This document shows positions 60,130 through 64,000 of a DNA stretch of 64,000 bases, one piece after another. The DNA is from Candidatus Velesiimonas alkalicola. GTDB lineage: Bacteria > Omnitrophota > Gorgyraeia > Velesiimonadales > Velesiimonadaceae. The translations under genes and the position numbers were made by a program. The notes under the pieces were generated by a model, which saw nothing but the letters and a program-made list of their open reading frames with translations, was not told the origin of the DNA and did no database searches. The DNA is taken from positions 64,639-128,638 of the forward strand of contig NDHX01000002.1 in NCBI GenBank assembly GCA_013626165.1, given 5' to 3'. Every line of letters begins with the position of its first letter. The stretch's first letter is position 1.

Positions 60130-61475
60130 TGTATTCTGCAATAAATTCTGGCATATTTTTTATTTTAACATATCTTGTTTTACCCATCTCCACAATACAA
60201 ACTCTATGGCTTAAAAAAACAATAAAATTCCCCTTTCCAAATTTATTTTTAAGAACCGCCCTTGTTAACTATTCAGGGTATTTATTAACATTTCTCGTAT
60301 TATCGGCAATACCGCAAGGAATAATGGAATATAAATACTATGAGGCCTGGTCTGTTGCAGGACTTGTAGTGTGTGTCCCGCTTCTTGTCTTTTTAAGCAC
60401 ACCTGCAATTTTATTGTTATTTCCTTCTGCAAAACCTGTAAGGCAAAAATGGTTATATGCTTTGCAGATATCAATAAAAACCCAGCCCGTTTTTTGTATT
60501 ATCTGTGGTATCTTATTCCTGATATTTTTGTATGTGCTTTCCCCAAAATATCATCAGTCGTCTATAACTTTGGATTTAAACAAAATAATTATACATTCAA
60601 CTGATAAACAAAAAAAGGGCCTGGATTTTAGATTTTTATCATTAAAAGACAGAGGATTAAACATTGCTGATGAGCCTCATCTTATTGTATTGACACAAAA
60701 TCCTGATTTAATACAAAAACAGTCAATTATTGAAAACTTTAAAAAAGTGTTTTCAAAAGAGATTGAAAAGAAATGGTCAATAACCGACCTGTATCTTTCA
60801 GATGATGGAATAATGCTTGCGGTTATCCGTTCGCAGTATTATGATTCTATTGCATACATAGATATTATAAACTCATATGTTCTTTCGGTACATCATTCAA
60901 AAAATAACGAAAGGATATTTTACCCAAGATTATCTGATGATAAAGAAAGCATTGCATTTATCCAGGCAGATGAGACTTCAAAAAAAGGCATAATATATGT
61001 AATAAGAAGAGGAACAGGCGGAAAAAAATTAAAGGTATATGGAAAACCTGTTTCACTGCAGGGACTTTATTTTGGGCCTGAGAAAGAACAGATTACATTT
61101 GTAGACCTGCAGAACAGAATAAGAACAGTAAGATTTTTTGCAAAAAAATCAGAAATACTTTTTGAGGGTAGGTATCCGCTCTGGTCAAAAGATTATCAAC
61201 ATATTTTATTTTGTGGGACAGATAATAAACCATATATTCATAATATGGGAAAAAATAAAAAAACAAGAATAAACCTACCAGGGTATACAGGTGGAGTATT
61301 CATAGCCCTGACAGATGGCTACATAATGTATAGGGGATATTCTTCTTATATTGCAAAAAAATATAACAATGTAAGTCTTTTCCACCCGCGGCAAAAAAAG
61401 ATGTTCTTCCTTGCCTCTGATACAACCCTGCCCTTGAGTTTCTGGGGCGGTAAAATATCTCCAAAAGAAAAGTAA
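60129..61475 (+). CDS. hypothetical polytopic membrane protein with large C-terminal beta-rich domain
   Basis: Four to five N-terminal hydrophobic helices; overlaps pgi stop by 1 nt; no recognisable family. Confidence 0.4.
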   Translation: MYSAINSGIFFILTYLVLPISTIQTLWLKKTIKFPFPNLFLRTALVNYSGYLLTFLVLSAIPQGIMEYKYYEAWSVAGLVVCVPLLVFLSTPAILLLFPSAKPVRQKWLYALQISIKTQPVFCIICGILFLIFLYVLSPKYHQSSITLDLNKIIIHSTDKQKKGLDFRFLSLKDRGLNIADEPHLIVLTQNPDLIQKQSIIENFKKVFSKEIEKKWSITDLYLSDDGIMLAVIRSQYYDSIAYIDIINSYVLSVHHSKNNERIFYPRLSDDKESIAFIQADETSKKGIIYVIRRGTGGKKLKVYGKPVSLQGLYFGPEKEQITFVDLQNRIRTVRFFAKKSEILFEGRYPLWSKDYQHILFCGTDNKPYIHNMGKNKKTRINLPGYTGGVFIALTDGYIMYRGYSSYIAKKYNNVSLFHPRQKKMFFLASDTTLPLSFWGGKISPKEK

Positions 61476-61649
61476 AAAATATTATCTGTTATTATATAAT
61501 TATCCTGTTGACACCCAATAACAAATGTGCAGATATTTTACTAAAAAGGTATCAACCCCATTAGAGATAAAAAACTTCTACACAGGGTAAGACATCTCTA
61601 TCCTGCTTAAACCTTGAAACCTTAAACTAAAATCCATTGCTCAAAGATA

Positions 61650-63023
61650 CTACAACTGACAAATATATTTATGTATGGATAATGCCGCTTTTTTACCCGC
61701 ACCCATTGCCTCAATAACTGTTGCGGCACCTGTAACAATATCTCCGCCTGCAAATATGTCCATAACAGATGACCGCTGGTCAGAATCTGTTTCTATATAA
61801 CCATTCTTGTTAAGTTTCAATCCTTCTATTGTTTCTAAAAGAAGCGGATTTGGCCCCTGCCCTATTGCAACAATCGCCAGGTCAACAGGCAATTCAAACT
61901 CAGAATCTTTTACAGGGACAGGCCTTCTCCTTCCACTTGAATCCGGTTCTCCAAGTCTATTCTTGATGCATAGCATAGACTTTATAGTACCTTTTTCGCT
62001 CCCTGTAAATTTAACAGGGTTTGTTAAAAATATAAATTTAATCCCCTCTTCTTTTGCATTAGCCACTTCTTCTTTCCTTGCAGGAAGCTCTTCATCTCCT
62101 CTTCTGTAGACTATTGCGACCTGTTTTGCACCCAACCGTAAGGCAGACCTTGCGCTGTCTACTGCAACATTCCCTCCACCTATAACTGCAACCTTTTCCC
62201 CTATTTCAACCGGTGTATCATATTCAGGGAATTTGTAGGCTTTCATAAGATTAACTCGGGTAAGAAATTCATTTGCAGAATATACACCATTTAAATTTTC
62301 GCCCTCTACACCTAAAAAATACGGAAGCCCTGCTCCTGCTCCTATAAAAAATGCCTTAAAACCCTCTTTTCTTAACTCTTCAATACTAACAGTTTTCCCT
62401 ACAATAACATTGACCTCTATTTGGACACCCAAACTTTGGACATAGTCTACCTCTTTCTCCACAATTGCCTTAGGCAATCTGAATTCAGGTATACCATACT
62501 GAAGAACTCCTCCTACTTTGTGAAGAGACTCAAAAATTGTAACATTATAACCCATTTTTGCAAGGTCTGCCGCGCAGGTAAGCCCTGCAGGACCTGAGCC
62601 GATTATTCCAATCTTTATATTATTTTTTTCCCCTTGATTTTGGACATCTTCACTGTTTTCTTCTCCATAATCTGCTGCTGCACGCTCTAAGGTTCCTATA
62701 TCAATGGGTTCGCTTTTCTTGGCCAGCACACAAAGAGCCTCACACTGGGTCTCCTGCGGACACACCCTTCCGCACGCTGCAGGAAGGTTATTCTTTTCTC
62801 TTATTTTATCTAAAGCTTCTTTAAATTTTCCTTCTTTTATCAATTGAATAAAAGACGGAATATCTATAAATACAGGACATCCTTCTACACATTTAGGCTT
62901 TGGACAATTAAGACATCTTTTTGCTTCCTTTATTGCATCTTCTACCGAGTACCCAAGCGCAACTTCTTCAAAGTTTTTTATACGCCTGTCTGCTTCTTGT
63001 TTCCTGATTTGAATCCCCTCCAT
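61650..63023 (-). CDS. GltD/NfnB/SudA-family NAD(P)H-dependent FAD oxidoreductase (glutamate synthase small-subunit-like)
   Basis: N-terminal Cys clusters (C..C...C; CP) then IGIIGSGPAGLTCA and second dinucleotide fold VAVIGGGNVAVD; 457 aa. Confidence 0.75.
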   Translation of the reverse strand: MEGIQIRKQEADRRIKNFEEVALGYSVEDAIKEAKRCLNCPKPKCVEGCPVFIDIPSFIQLIKEGKFKEALDKIREKNNLPAACGRVCPQETQCEALCVLAKKSEPIDIGTLERAAADYGEENSEDVQNQGEKNNIKIGIIGSGPAGLTCAADLAKMGYNVTIFESLHKVGGVLQYGIPEFRLPKAIVEKEVDYVQSLGVQIEVNVIVGKTVSIEELRKEGFKAFFIGAGAGLPYFLGVEGENLNGVYSANEFLTRVNLMKAYKFPEYDTPVEIGEKVAVIGGGNVAVDSARSALRLGAKQVAIVYRRGDEELPARKEEVANAKEEGIKFIFLTNPVKFTGSEKGTIKSMLCIKNRLGEPDSSGRRRPVPVKDSEFELPVDLAIVAIGQGPNPLLLETIEGLKLNKNGYIETDSDQRSSVMDIFAGGDIVTGAATVIEAMGAGKKAALSIHKYICQL

Positions 63024-63033
63024 ACCAAGTATC

Positions 63034-64000
63034 CTAATACCCTACCACTGCACTCATATGAGGACCACCTGATACCTCAAGCATCTTTTGAAGTGAACGA
63101 AGCGCTTTAATTCTTATATCTTCTGGAACTTTCACCTCATACACCATATATTCAAGTGAATGGGCAATCCATCCTAATGTTATAAGTTTCATACTTGGAC
63201 ACAAGAGATTTTCTGTTGCAACAAAAAATTCCTTATCAGGATTTTCCTTTTTCAAACGATAAAGCATGCCTATCTCGGTACCTATAATAAATTTTTTACT
63301 GTTTGATACTTTAACATATTTAAACATACCACCTGTTGAACATATATGGTCAGCAAGGATAGTTACCTGAGGCGAACATTCCGGATGCACAACAACCTCA
63401 GCACCGGGATGGACCTTCTTCATTTCAACTATATCATCTTCCTGTACTCTTATATGCGTAGGGCAAAACCCTTTCCACAGTATTATCTGTTTTTCTGGAA
63501 CCTGTGCTTGAACATATCTTCCAAGATTCCTATCGGGAATAAATATTATTTTTTCCTCCTTTAATGACCTCACAACTTCAATTGCGTTGCTGGATGTGCA
63601 ACATATATCGCTTTCTGCTTTTACCCTTGCAGAAGAGTTAACATAGCATGCAACTGCTGCATCTGGATATTGTTGTCTATAATTTTTAAGTTTCTCAACG
63701 GTTACCATATCTGCCAGAGGACACCCTGCTTCTTTTACAGGAAGAAGAACCACCCTTTTAGGATTTAAAATAGATGCGGTCTCTGCCATAAAGTTAACCC
63801 CACAGAATACAATCGCATCTGCATCTGTTCTAATAGCAGCCTTGCTAAGTTCAAGGCTATCCCCGCTGATATCGGCAATATCCTGAACCTCTTCTCTTTG
63901 ATAATTATGAACTATTATAACGGCATTTCTTTTTTTTTTAAGCTCATTTATTTTCTTTTTAAGTTGTTCAATATAAACTATATCATTCTTAATCTCACTG
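63034..64000 (-). CDS. nadA: quinolinate synthase (5' end beyond window)
   Basis: Blocks HNYQ, ISGDSLELSK, FCGVNFMAETA, CP.M and CSTGGM. The reading frame stays open to the window edge; the ORF track shows only the part from an internal Met. Confidence 0.8.
   Translation of the reverse strand, partial: SEIKNDIVYIEQLKKKINELKKKRNAVIIVHNYQREEVQDIADISGDSLELSKAAIRTDADAIVFCGVNFMAETASILNPKRVVLLPVKEAGCPLADMVTVEKLKNYRQQYPDAAVACYVNSSARVKAESDICCTSSNAIEVVRSLKEEKIIFIPDRNLGRYVQAQVPEKQIILWKGFCPTHIRVQEDDIVEMKKVHPGAEVVVHPECSPQVTILADHICSTGGMFKYVKVSNSKKFIIGTEIGMLYRLKKENPDKEFFVATENLLCPSMKLITLGWIAHSLEYMVYEVKVPEDIRIKALRSLQKMLEVSGGPHMSAVVGY

Noticed and set aside
63034-63789. Apparently truncated nadA (251 aa, missing the N-terminal HYYQ/GDSLELS blocks)
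   Set aside because: Manual translation shows the frame stays open upstream through ...IVHNYQREEVQDIADISGDSLELSKAA... to the window edge. The gene is simply cut by the window, not truncated.

Overview
This is an AT-rich (roughly one-third GC) bacterial chromosomal segment. It is almost entirely minus-strand housekeeping genes from an anaerobe: alr, lpxB, bioB, a Thi4-type thiazole synthase, secA, tsaD, ctp, pyrR-pyrB-pyrC, cca, ahcY-metK, pdxA-ksgA, ymdB-rny, pgi, a partial nadA, and a tRNA with CAT anticodon. Five things stand out beyond housekeeping.

1. An exported variant of the AmmeMemoRadiSam trio (13.5-22 kb). A Sec-signal-bearing MEMO1-AMMECR1 fusion is co-clustered with the AmrS radical SAM enzyme, a second PflX-like radical SAM enzyme, two exported M16 peptidases, a decayed SagB-type dehydrogenase, a Fer4-type membrane protein and a zincin-like protease. 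The intergenic spaces carry structured GC-rich elements, including a ~128-bp imperfect palindrome and a dispersed ~95-bp repeat.

2. A complete [FeFe]-hydrogenase locus (22.5-30.2 kb). It comprises a HydA fused to HydC-like domains, HydB, a PAS-containing sensory HydS, a PP2C phosphatase and small thioredoxin-like ferredoxins, one of which has an in-frame TAG.

3. A higher-GC island (30.2-35.3 kb). It holds an APH-like kinase, adhE and an IS110-family insertion sequence whose repeat-rich 5' non-coding end is a bridge/seek-RNA candidate.

4. A type II R-M gene pair wedged between pyrB and pyrC.

5. A hicAB toxin-antitoxin pair; hicA (55 aa) is absent from the ORF track.

Several gene remnants or frameshifts at homopolymers are present (SagB-like, SGNH hydrolase). 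No CRISPR array or rRNA was found.
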